Sequence record: OQ623132.1
Direction: 5' to 3' (one strand)
Source: Enterococcus phage Phi_Eg_SY1
DNA length: 42,319 nucleotides
Shown one piece after another: positions 8,875-17,970 of the stretch. Position 1 is the first letter of the stretch. Each line of letters starts with the position of its first letter. The position numbers and the translations under genes are program-made. Below the pieces are notes generated by a model, which was given only the letters and a program-made list of their open reading frames with translations, had not been told where the DNA came from and did not search any database.

Positions 8875-9045
8875 ATGGGAACAATTATTTTAGGTGTGGT
8901 TCTAGCGGTTTCATTAATGATGAATGTACGGTACAGCGTTGAACGTAAGTATTCTATTGCAATTATTAACGCCCAGGACGCCTCTATAAAAGAGTTAACA
9001 AACAAACTCAACGCTAAAGGGGTAAACAACTATGAAACACGTTAA
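8875..9045 (+). CDS. small membrane-anchored protein (56 aa, N-terminal TM)
   Basis: RBS AAGGAAG; MGTIILGVVLAVSLMM hydrophobic N-terminus. Confidence 0.4.
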   Translation: MGTIILGVVLAVSLMMNVRYSVERKYSIAIINAQDASIKELTNKLNAKGVNNYETR

Positions 9046-9544
9046 CCCAAAACATGAGCAATTTGAACCAATGGAGGAACCCTTTGACATATACAGTGTG
9101 TCAAATATGGGTTACATTATTAATGTAGATGATGAAATGGTTGTACCTATGCAAAAGGATGATTCAAACGGTCGCTTATTTGTTCGTTTGACCTGTAAGA
9201 ACTCACAAGGTAACCAAGTTGTACGTGTGATGTATGTTGCTAAACTAGTAGCTGATATGTTTGTACCAAATGTAGGCAATGATAAGTTTGTAGGCTTCAA
9301 AGATGGCAACACACTAAATAACTGCGCGAGTAACCTCTTTCACGCTTCAAATATGTTTGACGCAAGCGAAACAATGAATAGACCACTACGTAAAGAACTA
9401 GAGGAAGAACGCCACAGCTTACTATGTAAGATTGGTCACGCTCTAGATAATGAACAGGAACTAGAGGCGCAACGATTAGGTAAACTATTGTGGAACCTAG
9501 AGAATGACAATTCAGAAGAACAAACAGAGTATGATTGGGCGTGA
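9032..9544 (+). CDS. HNH homing endonuclease (NUMOD4 / HNH_3-like)
   Basis: YSVSNMGYIINVDD (NUMOD4-like) and VGFKDGNTLNNCASNLFHAS (HNH_3-like). Confidence 0.6.
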   Translation: MKHVNPKHEQFEPMEEPFDIYSVSNMGYIINVDDEMVVPMQKDDSNGRLFVRLTCKNSQGNQVVRVMYVAKLVADMFVPNVGNDKFVGFKDGNTLNNCASNLFHASNMFDASETMNRPLRKELEEERHSLLCKIGHALDNEQELEAQRLGKLLWNLENDNSEEQTEYDWA

Positions 9545-9548
9545 GTAG

Positions 9549-10307
9549 ATGATTGAATATAAGATTATAAGCAGTGGGTCAGTAGGTAACGCGGTTAAGT
9601 TGACGTTTCAGAACGGTATTAAGATGATGATTGACATAGGTCTATCATATAAAGCACTTAAAAACGAGTTACAAGATTGTCACTTGCTTTTTGTAAGTCA
9701 CATACACTCTGACCATTTGAATGTAGGTTGTTACAACCAAATTAGAAAAAACCAACCTTGGGTTAAGGTCATAGCCTGCGAGGAAGTAAATGAGTTAGTA
9801 ATATCAAAAGGTAAAAAACCTGTAGATATTATAGTAACGCATGGGAGTGAAATTGAGGTAAGTGGTGTCAAATGTACATTTTTAGACGCACCACATGAGG
9901 TGCAAAATTTAGGTATTATAGGTGAGTCAGACGGACAAACATTCTTATATTCTACTGACTTAATGACTACGTTTGCGTTCAGTGAATACCTAGACAACGT
10001 AGGTAAAACAATTGACTTACTGCTCCTTGAGGCAAACTATGACCCCGCTGTAATTGGATACAGTGAGTATATGAAAATCCATAGTGGGTATGATACGTAT
10101 AACAATGGTTCATATAGACACCTTTCAACAGTAGCAAATAAACAATTCGCAGAAAAATATTTGTCCGCTGGTGGTGTGAGCATTCCCTTACACAAAAGCG
10201 GTAGTTATTACTCATATAGAGACCTTAAGGACCACCAAGACTTAGATGATTCACATGACAACGCATTTATAGAATACTGCAAAGAAAGGGGTTATGATTA
10301 TGTATAA
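9549..10307 (+). CDS. metallo-beta-lactamase-fold hydrolase
   Basis: HxHxDH motif SHIHSDH. Confidence 0.6.
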   Translation: MIEYKIISSGSVGNAVKLTFQNGIKMMIDIGLSYKALKNELQDCHLLFVSHIHSDHLNVGCYNQIRKNQPWVKVIACEEVNELVISKGKKPVDIIVTHGSEIEVSGVKCTFLDAPHEVQNLGIIGESDGQTFLYSTDLMTTFAFSEYLDNVGKTIDLLLLEANYDPAVIGYSEYMKIHSGYDTYNNGSYRHLSTVANKQFAEKYLSAGGVSIPLHKSGSYYSYRDLKDHQDLDDSHDNAFIEYCKERGYDYV

Positions 10308-10542
10308 GTACGTAGTAAGGTATAAAGATTTTGGTGGTACAGGTACAGATGTATATTTTGCACGGTTCTCAACACTGTTCCCCGTTTATGATGAGGACAG
10401 AGGACGAAATAGATTTTCGTCTATAGTTTCTGAGAAACCTATTGTAAAAATGGACATAACAACCGCTAAAATGGTTAGAGACTTAACAGGTGGAAACGGT
10501 GAGGTGGTGGCAGTCAATGAGGATGGTGTAATTATTGGATAA
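10294..10542 (+). CDS. hypothetical protein
   Basis: overlapping start, compact operon. Confidence 0.45.
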   Translation: MIMYKYVVRYKDFGGTGTDVYFARFSTLFPVYDEDRGRNRFSSIVSEKPIVKMDITTAKMVRDLTGGNGEVVAVNEDGVIIG

Positions 10543-11311
10543 TGAATTAATGATTAGTGTGGGTAATGTACCGTCAATTGAGTTTGTTCAATATGATAAA
10601 TTGTTAGATGACATTACTAAACTAGCGAATGAAATGAAACAGGTTAAGGTAACAGAGGAGAATATAAACGAGTATAAGAAACTTCTAGCACGTGCGCGGA
10701 AAGAATTCACTAGCATAGATAATGAGCGTAAAAACGTCAAGAAACAGATTATGAAACCATATGACGAACTGGACGCTAAAATAAAGCACCTTAGAGGTAT
10801 TCTAAAAGAGGGTGAGGACGCGCTTGATGTTCAAATAAAAGCCTACAGAGACGCACAGAGAGCTTCAAAGTGGGATTATATACTAGTTACCTTTGAACGA
10901 TTTAGAGAAGGCTATGAGGCTCCTACGTGGATCTCATTTGATATGTTTAAAAACATGTACCCCAACTTAGCAAATGCTAGTTCTACTCAGTCAAAAATAA
11001 ATGATGCACTAACGTCTTTTTTTGAACAATTTGACAATGACTACAAACAATTAAAGCAGTGGTACCCCGTGCGTAATCAACGTACATCTATTTTAGCAGT
11101 ATACGCAAATAATGGTTTAAACTTGATGGACGCTGTGCAACAGTATGAGAAAGTGCGTGCTGAGGGAATGCGTCTACAGGAGTTAGAAGTTGAGAAAAAG
11201 GTGCAAATAACAGTAGATGGTAAACAGGAACCCACACAAACAGAGTATGTAATGGTTAAAATTGCCAAGGATGACCTAACGAATTTAGACATTGATTATG
11301 AGTTAGTATAA
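10535..11311 (+). CDS. DUF1351-like phage protein (recombination-module associated)
   Basis: N-terminal coiled region resembling DUF1351 from memory; followed by SSB-like gene. Confidence 0.4.
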   Translation: MDNELMISVGNVPSIEFVQYDKLLDDITKLANEMKQVKVTEENINEYKKLLARARKEFTSIDNERKNVKKQIMKPYDELDAKIKHLRGILKEGEDALDVQIKAYRDAQRASKWDYILVTFERFREGYEAPTWISFDMFKNMYPNLANASSTQSKINDALTSFFEQFDNDYKQLKQWYPVRNQRTSILAVYANNGLNLMDAVQQYEKVRAEGMRLQELEVEKKVQITVDGKQEPTQTEYVMVKIAKDDLTNLDIDYELV

Positions 11312-11370
11312 CACTGATTTAATAAACAATGCTATAATATTAATAGACTTACAACGAAAGGGAGATAAAT

Positions 11371-12051
11371 ATGACAAAAGAATCACAAACTTTGATTGTA
11401 GTTGCAGTAGAAAATGAGGACAAAGCGTTAAATATTAGTGTGTGTCCAGAGGATTATTCTAAGTTGTATACATTAACGTTGTACAAGGAGGACTATGACA
11501 AGACAACTAAGAAATGGAGTGTTACTGATGAGGTAACCAAACGCTATGAGGACGAGCTTGAGAAATTAGGTGGAGTTCCTAAAGTGGGGGATAAGATTGA
11601 CGTATACCCTTCTGACAACGGTAAAGCATACCTACAGCCTAGTACATTTATTAAAGCTGAAAAACCAACTGGCAAAATGGTAGGTAAATTGCTACTTGGT
11701 TGCGAAGTAGAGTCAATTAGAGACAATGTAAAAGGACGTACCGTTACTGTAAGTTATAAAGGTAAGTTCTATGAATTTTCATTTAATACCAGTGTATGGA
11801 TTCCTACCATTGGAAAATACGTGCCTAATGACGCTAAAGCAAACAAAGCACGTGAACGGTTTGAGGACATTTTTGAAGAGTCACCTATCACATGGGACAA
11901 CGCACTTGTTCAAAATGACAAAGGTGAGTTTCTAGCTAAAGGTGTCAAGATTAATTGCATGGTTCGTAAGAATGAACTGGACCAAACAGGCAACTCAGGT
12001 TACTTAGAACCTAGTAAGATTGAAGCAGATGAAGGAGAACTACCATTTTAA
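11371..12051 (+). CDS. putative atypical ssDNA-binding protein with SSB-like acidic C-terminal tip (DEGELPF)
   Basis: C-terminal ...EADEGELPF resembles SSB DDDIPF partner-binding tail; body is not a canonical SSB OB fold. Confidence 0.4.
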   Translation: MTKESQTLIVVAVENEDKALNISVCPEDYSKLYTLTLYKEDYDKTTKKWSVTDEVTKRYEDELEKLGGVPKVGDKIDVYPSDNGKAYLQPSTFIKAEKPTGKMVGKLLLGCEVESIRDNVKGRTVTVSYKGKFYEFSFNTSVWIPTIGKYVPNDAKANKARERFEDIFEESPITWDNALVQNDKGEFLAKGVKINCMVRKNELDQTGNSGYLEPSKIEADEGELPF

Positions 12052-12066
12052 AAAAAAAAAACTTTA

Positions 12067-12094
12067 AGAACCCTGTTGACAAGGGTTCTTTTTT
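12067..12094 (+). terminator. intrinsic terminator AGAACCCT-GTTGACA-AGGGTTCT + TTTTT (preceded by A11)
   Basis: perfect 8-bp stem, read directly. Confidence 0.65.
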
Positions 12095-12104
12095 ACTGTA
12101 TATT
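12076..12104 (+). promoter_or_regulatory. promoter TTGACA (in hairpin loop)-N17-TATATT
   Basis: read directly; overlaps terminator. Confidence 0.5.
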
Positions 12105-12123
12105 AGTCGTAAGAGGAGGAGAT

Positions 12124-12327
12124 ATGATGTTAAATATTTACATTAACCATTATAACGCTGGCAATGGTGTGAAAGAAGAACAATACATTGGTGTTGATTC
12201 GTGGGGTATTGATAAGGATACTAATTTATTAGTGATTAACCACAATAGCTTTACCACTGAATACGTGGCAATGGAACAGGTACTAGGTATTAAAGTAATT
12301 GACATGAACCCAAAGGGGGAAATATAA
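12124..12327 (+). CDS. hypothetical protein (67 aa)
   Basis: RBS AGAGGAGGAGAT-ATG; track start 12076 is the -35 TTG. Confidence 0.5.
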   Translation: MMLNIYINHYNAGNGVKEEQYIGVDSWGIDKDTNLLVINHNSFTTEYVAMEQVLGIKVIDMNPKGEI

Positions 12328-12485
12328 TGTTCAAGGTAACCTATATTAATTATAAAGATTCTTACGAAGAGTGTTTTATTTTTGCAAATGACATTTTTGA
12401 GGCGTGTGAAATTGCTGAGAACTTACAAGGTGTAGAACGTGTTCTAGAAGTTGAGAAATTAGTTCAAAAAAGTGTTGACAGATGA
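12327..12485 (+). CDS. hypothetical small protein (52 aa)
   Basis: RBS AAAGGGGGAAATATA-ATG. Confidence 0.4.
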   Translation: MFKVTYINYKDSYEECFIFANDIFEACEIAENLQGVERVLEVEKLVQKSVDR

Positions 12486-12506
12486 TTAATCACCTGGTAG
12501 TATAAT
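12475..12506 (+). promoter_or_regulatory. promoter TTGACA-N17-TAGTAT(AAT) with TG extension
   Basis: read directly. Confidence 0.5.
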
Positions 12507-12536
12507 AAATGTAAGATAACTAAGGAGGAAAACAAG

Positions 12537-12788
12537 ATGAAAAACATTATTGCAGACGGATACCCCTATAAAGACGTACAGGAAGTTACTATTACAGGAG
12601 GCAAGTATAATGACGTATATGACGTGTACAAAGATTCTTTTGCGTATGTACATTTAGAGACTAATACGATTTTTATCACACCTAAGCTTAGTAGCCCGCT
12701 GCTAACATGTGACGTTGATGGAGCACCTATGATTCCGTTATTTGCTAGTGACTTTGATTATGTAGTATCTAAGGAGGAAGAGAAATGA
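12537..12788 (+). CDS. hypothetical protein
   Basis: RBS TAAGGAGGAAAACAAG-ATG. Confidence 0.5.
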   Translation: MKNIIADGYPYKDVQEVTITGGKYNDVYDVYKDSFAYVHLETNTIFITPKLSSPLLTCDVDGAPMIPLFASDFDYVVSKEEEK

Positions 12789-13039
12789 TTACTGTAAGGG
12801 TTAACAATTGGAGAAAAGTAAAGGTAACACCAGTTATTGTAACAGGTACGCCTACTGACCCTGTGGGTTCAGAAAGCCTGTTGTTTGGTCGTAAGGGTTT
12901 TGTTTCAGAGGACTATGAGACGCTATGGATTGATTCAAAAGGGATTGACTTCTTATACTCAGACACAATTAATGGTAAGGAGTACGCTCCGTTTGACACT
13001 GGTGATTATACCTTTAAGGAGGATGTACCAAATGTGTAA
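12785..13039 (+). CDS. hypothetical protein
   Basis: ATGA overlap; RBS AAGGAGG. Confidence 0.5.
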   Translation: MITVRVNNWRKVKVTPVIVTGTPTDPVGSESLLFGRKGFVSEDYETLWIDSKGIDFLYSDTINGKEYAPFDTGDYTFKEDVPNV

Positions 13040-13382
13040 TAATGAGGATGAACTAACTAAGTTGCGAACTGAAAACGCATATCTACGTAAGAAGAACCTA
13101 GATTATGCAGTGTCTGTTGATGAACTACTGGATGAAATTGATGAATTAAGAGCATGGGCAAACGAGTTGATTGAAGATAATGAGGAATTAACTAACCACT
13201 GTGACGAACTCATTGAGGAAAATACAGAACTTAGTGAGCTAAATAATAACCTACGTGGTCAGGCTGATTTTTTAGATAAGCAAGTTAATGACTTTGAGAG
13301 TGAAGTTGATTTCCTACATGACCATATAAACGAGTTAGCCAATTTTATAAATAGATTAATGGAGGATGATGAAAATGAATAA
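13032..13382 (+). CDS. acidic coiled-coil protein (116 aa)
   Basis: RBS AAGGAGGA 8 nt before ATG 13032; heptad-rich, D/E-rich. Confidence 0.5.
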   Translation: MCNNEDELTKLRTENAYLRKKNLDYAVSVDELLDEIDELRAWANELIEDNEELTNHCDELIEENTELSELNNNLRGQADFLDKQVNDFESEVDFLHDHINELANFINRLMEDDENE

Positions 13383-13569
13383 ACCAAGTTTGGGACTATA
13401 TGTTTTAATTGCATTATTGTTTGGTGGTATTGGGCTACACCGTTTTTATGAAGGACGTGCGTTTTCAGGATTCATGTACCTGTTGTTCTTCTGGACAGGA
13501 GTACCAATTATTCTCGCAGTGTTTGATGTGATTCGCGCATTGACTACTCGCAGATATTTATATAACTAG
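13366..13569 (+). CDS. TM2-domain membrane protein
   Basis: GGIGLHRFYEGR motif plus 2 TM helices. Confidence 0.5.
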   Translation: MMKMNKPSLGLYVLIALLFGGIGLHRFYEGRAFSGFMYLLFFWTGVPIILAVFDVIRALTTRRYLYN

Positions 13570-13576
13570 GAGGGTA

Positions 13577-14002
13577 ATGATGAAAAGAGAATACACAACA
13601 GGTGACATTTTAACATATGTAGGTGAGCAAGACAGTCTCAAAGGTAAGGTGATTCAATTAGACAGTAAGTGCGGAGGCTTTTGGGGGACAGTATGTGATG
13701 AAGATGGTGTCTACAGTGAAGGTTATTTAGATGAGAGTTATATGTTCGTAGATAAGAATGTTGAGCTACCTACTAATACACAGGATAACGCGAATAGATA
13801 TTTAACTGAAAGTGGCAAACAACTATATGATGTTTTAGCAGATGATTTACTTACACCTGAACAGTATGAGGGTTTTATTTTAGGTAACATTTACAAGTAT
13901 GTAAAACGCTATAAAGATAAAAATGGCGTTGATGACTTGCAAAAAGCAAAGGACTACATTGACCTTTTAATAATTGACATGGAGGGAAATAAAGATGAAT
14001 GA
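13577..14002 (+). CDS. hypothetical protein with DUF3310-like C-terminus
   Basis: GNIYKYVKRYKDKNGVDDLQKAKDYIDLL resembles DUF3310 from memory. Confidence 0.4.
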   Translation: MMKREYTTGDILTYVGEQDSLKGKVIQLDSKCGGFWGTVCDEDGVYSEGYLDESYMFVDKNVELPTNTQDNANRYLTESGKQLYDVLADDLLTPEQYEGFILGNIYKYVKRYKDKNGVDDLQKAKDYIDLLIIDMEGNKDE

Positions 14003-14171
14003 TATGCTTATTTTAGTAATGGATACGAACACAGGTGAAACGGTAGCAACCTTAGATGGTGAAACTGAGACCCTAAACAAAGATGTGATGATTGAGTTAC
14101 TAGGTGAGGTAATAGAGTTCTTACGTAGAGAACCTAGTGTATTAGATGAGGAGGAAAATGAACATGAATGA
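13995..14171 (+). CDS. hypothetical small acidic protein
   Basis: RBS GGAGGG. Confidence 0.45.
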   Translation: MNDMLILVMDTNTGETVATLDGETETLNKDVMIELLGEVIEFLRREPSVLDEEENEHE

Positions 14172-14367
14172 TTATGGGTTACTAGTAGAAATTGAAAACA
14201 CAGACAAGCTTTTGGCTGATTTAGAAGATGACATGCGGGAGCAAGGTGTAGAAGAGGAAACACTCACATTATATGCTAACTATGCATTGCTACAGGTGGC
14301 ACAACTTCTAAAACTTGATTATGTGAGTATAGACGAGTTTATTGAAAAGACTAGAGAGAAATTATAG
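14164..14367 (+). CDS. hypothetical small acidic protein
   Basis: RBS GAGGAGG. Confidence 0.45.
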   Translation: MNDYGLLVEIENTDKLLADLEDDMREQGVEEETLTLYANYALLQVAQLLKLDYVSIDEFIEKTREKL

Positions 14368-14379
14368 GAGGAAAACAGT

Positions 14380-14664
14380 ATGAAACTTGTAACTACTAAA
14401 AAAACTATTAAACCTATGCAAGAAGAGTTGCGCAATTCAATTTGGGTACATGGTAATGGTAAATTTTTCTTACCAACTCACATTACTGGCAAATGGTTAC
14501 TTGTTGACATGAGTGATTGTGGTAATGGATACACTGGATTAAACAAAGGTTGGGATTCAGTATATGAAATGTATAATGTGTTAGGTGAACAATTTACTAA
14601 GTTAGTTCCACTTAAAACCTTAGTTTTACAGTCTGATGACATTCTTGATATTACACAAAATTAA
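14380..14664 (+). CDS. hypothetical protein
   Basis: RBS TAGGAGGAAAACAGT-ATG. Confidence 0.5.
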   Translation: MKLVTTKKTIKPMQEELRNSIWVHGNGKFFLPTHITGKWLLVDMSDCGNGYTGLNKGWDSVYEMYNVLGEQFTKLVPLKTLVLQSDDILDITQN

Positions 14665-14688
14665 CCCTTGCAGAAGCAGGGGTTTTCT
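14665..14688 (+). terminator. hairpin CCCTTGC-AGAA-GCAGGGG + TTTTCT
   Basis: read directly. Confidence 0.5.
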
Positions 14689-14696
14689 GCTATACT
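14668..14696 (+). promoter_or_regulatory. promoter TTGCAG-N17-TATACT overlapping the terminator
   Basis: read directly. Confidence 0.4.
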
Positions 14697-14717
14697 AGTT
14701 TTTAGGGAGGTAATTGA

Positions 14718-17042
14718 ATGAATACTATTTTTACACCAAGTACGCAACAAAAAGAAAATGCACGCACGTTCTTTGAACTATGGAAAACACTAGAAGGGAA
14801 TGCGCGTTCATACGACCCTATGACAGGGGGAATGAAAGAAGTTGTTGTCACAGAGAACATTGAGACACAATCTAAAAAAGGTAACCCTATGAGACGTGTG
14901 AAACTGCGTGAGATTGAAACAGGTAGAGAAGCGGTATCTTATCTAATGAACTGGAAACCTGATTTTACACGTTGGGAGGACATTGAACCACTTACAACAG
15001 TACGTTTAACTATTGACTTAAAAGATGGTTTCTACAATTTAGGTAAGCCAGACATTACAGGCTCAGTAGAGTCTATCCCACAACGTCCAAATAAACCAAA
15101 CGGACCACAATACTTGATTATTTATGACATTGAGGTCTTTGAACAGGATTTTGTTATCTGTGCTAGAGACCTGTTCAGTGGGAAGCGTTGGGAAATTGCT
15201 AATGACCTAGATAAAGCACGCGAATGGTATCTAGAAGTTCGTGATAGTCTCTTTACAGGTTACAACTCTGCTAGTTATGATAATAATGTGCTACGCGGTT
15301 ATTTACAAGGTAAGGACGCCTTTCAATTGTCTCAAGCTGTTATCAAGTCAGATGACAGAGGACTCATTTACAAGCTCTTTAATACCAAGAAAACACCTAT
15401 TATAGGCTGTGACCTATACCATGAGCATAAAGGTTTTTCACTGAAAGAGCATGAAGGGTTTATGGGGTTAGAAGTCAAAGAGACGGATGTTGATTTTGAG
15501 CAAGGTGGTAAACTAACAGATGATGAATTACAAAAAGAAATTGACTATTGTTGGAAAGACGTTGAAGCAACGGAATTGCGTTTCTATGGTTGCGTAGATG
15601 GTTTACTAGCTAAGGCGTTCATTTGCGCTATGTTCAACCTTGATAAACAGGCATTTAACCAGACAAACGCTAACCTAGTAGCTCAGTTAATGGGTGCGAA
15701 CCGTCCTAAGAGTGTGCGTGATGATTTAATTGAACCCTTCACATTACCTGAGAACCTTAACTTGACGATTCCAGAGATTAGAGAAATGTTTCTAGAACAT
15801 GAGTTTGAACTAAATAAAAAAGGTAAACCTATTGCTAAGGGTACGTACACTGACCCTAAAACAGGGTATGTTATGAAGTTTGGAGCAGGTGGCGTACATG
15901 GTGCAGTTGAACAACTTATCCATATTGGACGCTTCCTAATGCGTGACTATGGTAGTTTGTACCCTAACACCTACGTAAACTTTGACGTATTATCTCGTAA
16001 CGTACCTAGTAAAAATAAGCATCTAGTGAAAGAACTCCTAGACAAACGTTTAGAGGCGAAATACACAAATGAAACAGAGATAACAATGAATGGTGTAACA
16101 TTACCAATGTACGTTTTAGTAAATGGTGTAAAACTACCACTAAATACATTGTTTGGTGCCACAGGTGCTGAGTTCAATGGTTTATATGACCCAAGATACC
16201 AATTTTTAACGTGCGTTATAGGTCAGTTGATTATGAGTGACTTCTATGAGGGGATTAGGGACCACGTAACTATGTTACAGTCAAACACAGACTGTCATGC
16301 GTACATTCCTCATGATGAAGAAGCTGAACGTATTACAGACGTATTCTGTGATGATATTTCTAAACGTGTAGGTATTGTCTTAGATAAAGATGAGTTTATT
16401 GCCTTGTACCAGAAGGATGTAAATAATTACATTGGAATTGACTCTAAAGGTAAAGTAAAGGTTAAAGGTGCTATTACATTAACGAATGGTTTGAAATACT
16501 CTAAAGCTGTAGTTTCTAATGCGTTTATTAACTACGTTGTGAGTGGTGTTGATTACAAAGAATATATTGCAGATTGTAGTGACCTGCGTCAGTTCCAAAT
16601 TATTACTAAAACAGGGTGGACATTTGATAGAACAGTTTATATTGACGCAGATGGAAATGAACATGACGCGCAGAAAGTAAACCGTGTGTTCGCTGTTACT
16701 AGTGATGAAAAAGCTGTTAAACTCTTCAAAGTCAAAACTGGACAACTAGAAGCAGTTGAAAATGAAGAGGGTGAATTTGAAAAAGAAGATGTTTCTTATG
16801 TAAAAGGTGACGACTCTTATGTAAGTGGACTAAACAACCCACCTGAGTATTACACCATTTCTAATGAGAGGATTGGTGAAGGCGTGCAACTAGATGAGAT
16901 TGACTTAAGTTACTATGAGTTAGAAGTTGAGCGCACATTAGTATTATGGTTTGGAGATAATTGGAAAGAAAGATTGAAGGACGCACACAATAAATACAAA
17001 GAACAATATGGAACGTTACCAGAGGTAAAACAGTACGTTTAA
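14718..17042 (+). CDS. family B DNA polymerase with N-terminal 3'-5' proofreading exonuclease
   Basis: ExoI YDIEV, ExoII YNSASYDNNVLRGYL, ExoIII YCWKD; pol motif A DYGSLYPN, motif B KLPLNTLFG, motif C-like SNTDC. Confidence 0.7.
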   Translation: MNTIFTPSTQQKENARTFFELWKTLEGNARSYDPMTGGMKEVVVTENIETQSKKGNPMRRVKLREIETGREAVSYLMNWKPDFTRWEDIEPLTTVRLTIDLKDGFYNLGKPDITGSVESIPQRPNKPNGPQYLIIYDIEVFEQDFVICARDLFSGKRWEIANDLDKAREWYLEVRDSLFTGYNSASYDNNVLRGYLQGKDAFQLSQAVIKSDDRGLIYKLFNTKKTPIIGCDLYHEHKGFSLKEHEGFMGLEVKETDVDFEQGGKLTDDELQKEIDYCWKDVEATELRFYGCVDGLLAKAFICAMFNLDKQAFNQTNANLVAQLMGANRPKSVRDDLIEPFTLPENLNLTIPEIREMFLEHEFELNKKGKPIAKGTYTDPKTGYVMKFGAGGVHGAVEQLIHIGRFLMRDYGSLYPNTYVNFDVLSRNVPSKNKHLVKELLDKRLEAKYTNETEITMNGVTLPMYVLVNGVKLPLNTLFGATGAEFNGLYDPRYQFLTCVIGQLIMSDFYEGIRDHVTMLQSNTDCHAYIPHDEEAERITDVFCDDISKRVGIVLDKDEFIALYQKDVNNYIGIDSKGKVKVKGAITLTNGLKYSKAVVSNAFINYVVSGVDYKEYIADCSDLRQFQIITKTGWTFDRTVYIDADGNEHDAQKVNRVFAVTSDEKAVKLFKVKTGQLEAVENEEGEFEKEDVSYVKGDDSYVSGLNNPPEYYTISNERIGEGVQLDEIDLSYYELEVERTLVLWFGDNWKERLKDAHNKYKEQYGTLPEVKQYV

Positions 17043-17115
17043 TACTGTAAATTTTTACGCTATAGTCGTCAGAGGACGATTCTAAGCACATTTAAAAAAG
17101 GAGTATGTACGATTA

Positions 17116-17337
17116 ATGATTAAAGTTTATTCTAAGAACAACTGTATGCAGTGTAAAATGGTGAAACGATTTCTAAATGAACACGGTTTAGAATATAGTG
17201 AGATAAACATTGAAGAACAACCAGAGGCGCGTGATTATCTGATGAAGATGAACCTAAAAACGGTACCTGTCACAGAAGTAGATGGTGAAGTTATTATAGG
17301 TTTCAATATAACTGAATTAAGACAATTGATTAAATAA
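17116..17337 (+). CDS. nrdH: NrdH-like glutaredoxin
   Basis: 73 aa; CMQC redox motif at N-terminus; RBS AAGGAG. Confidence 0.55.
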   Translation: MIKVYSKNNCMQCKMVKRFLNEHGLEYSEINIEEQPEARDYLMKMNLKTVPVTEVDGEVIIGFNITELRQLIK

Positions 17338-17364
17338 AAAAGAGACCTATATAGGTCTCTTTTA
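17336..17364. terminator. bidirectional intrinsic terminator (perfect 20-bp palindrome AGAGACCTATATAGGTCTCT flanked by A-run and T-run)
   Basis: read directly; lies between the convergent early (+) and late (-) operons. Confidence 0.75.
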
Positions 17365-17667
17365 GTCTTTTACAGACGTTTTGTTTAGTACACGCTCACT
17401 ATCACTAAGACTTGGCGTTGTTGGGTCAGGAATTAAGTTTACTGCGTTAACAGCTGTCAAAGCTAACAAATAAGGATTTGAGATGACTGAGATTAGAAAG
17501 TCTGTTAACCCTTGCCATGTACTTAGGTCCTGTGGTTCTAAAGCCAAGTAAGCCAAAGCTGGAGTAATGACTCCAATGATGAAACGAACCCAGAATAAAA
17601 TATTATCCTTACTAAACCTTACACCCCAATTAATGTTTTTCATTTGTATTTCCCCTTTCTTATCCAT
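17362..17667 (-). CDS. holin
   Basis: about 100 aa, 2-3 TM, charged C-terminus; resembles LL-H/phi-LC3-type holins. Confidence 0.55.
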   Translation of the reverse strand: MDKKGEIQMKNINWGVRFSKDNILFWVRFIIGVITPALAYLALEPQDLSTWQGLTDFLISVISNPYLLALTAVNAVNLIPDPTTPSLSDSERVLNKTSVKD

Positions 17668-17679
17668 TATATCATATTT

Positions 17680-17958
17680 TTAACCAGTGATGAACGCCAA
17701 AATAGCGCCCACAACACCAGTGATAATTGCTCCCACAGTGGTACGTGTTAACCACGTGTTTCTGTTCTCAAGCTCTTCAATGTCTTTCTCAAGTTGGTCC
17801 ACATGGTCTATAGACTGAGATAGACGCTTATCTAGTTCTGCAATTTGTTGTCTTGCACCTGATAACTCTCTTTTAATTTCTCCAATGTCATCTAACTTTG
17901 AATCAATTCGTGCCATTGTTAACTGCATCTGTATAAATTTTTCTTCACTCAAGGGCAT
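17680..17958 (-). CDS. XhlA-like haemolysin/holin-associated protein
   Basis: coiled coil plus C-terminal TM GAIITGVVGAILAFITG. Confidence 0.5.
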   Translation of the reverse strand: MPLSEEKFIQMQLTMARIDSKLDDIGEIKRELSGARQQIAELDKRLSQSIDHVDQLEKDIEELENRNTWLTRTTVGAIITGVVGAILAFITG

Positions 17959-17970
17959 TTGTAACCGCTC

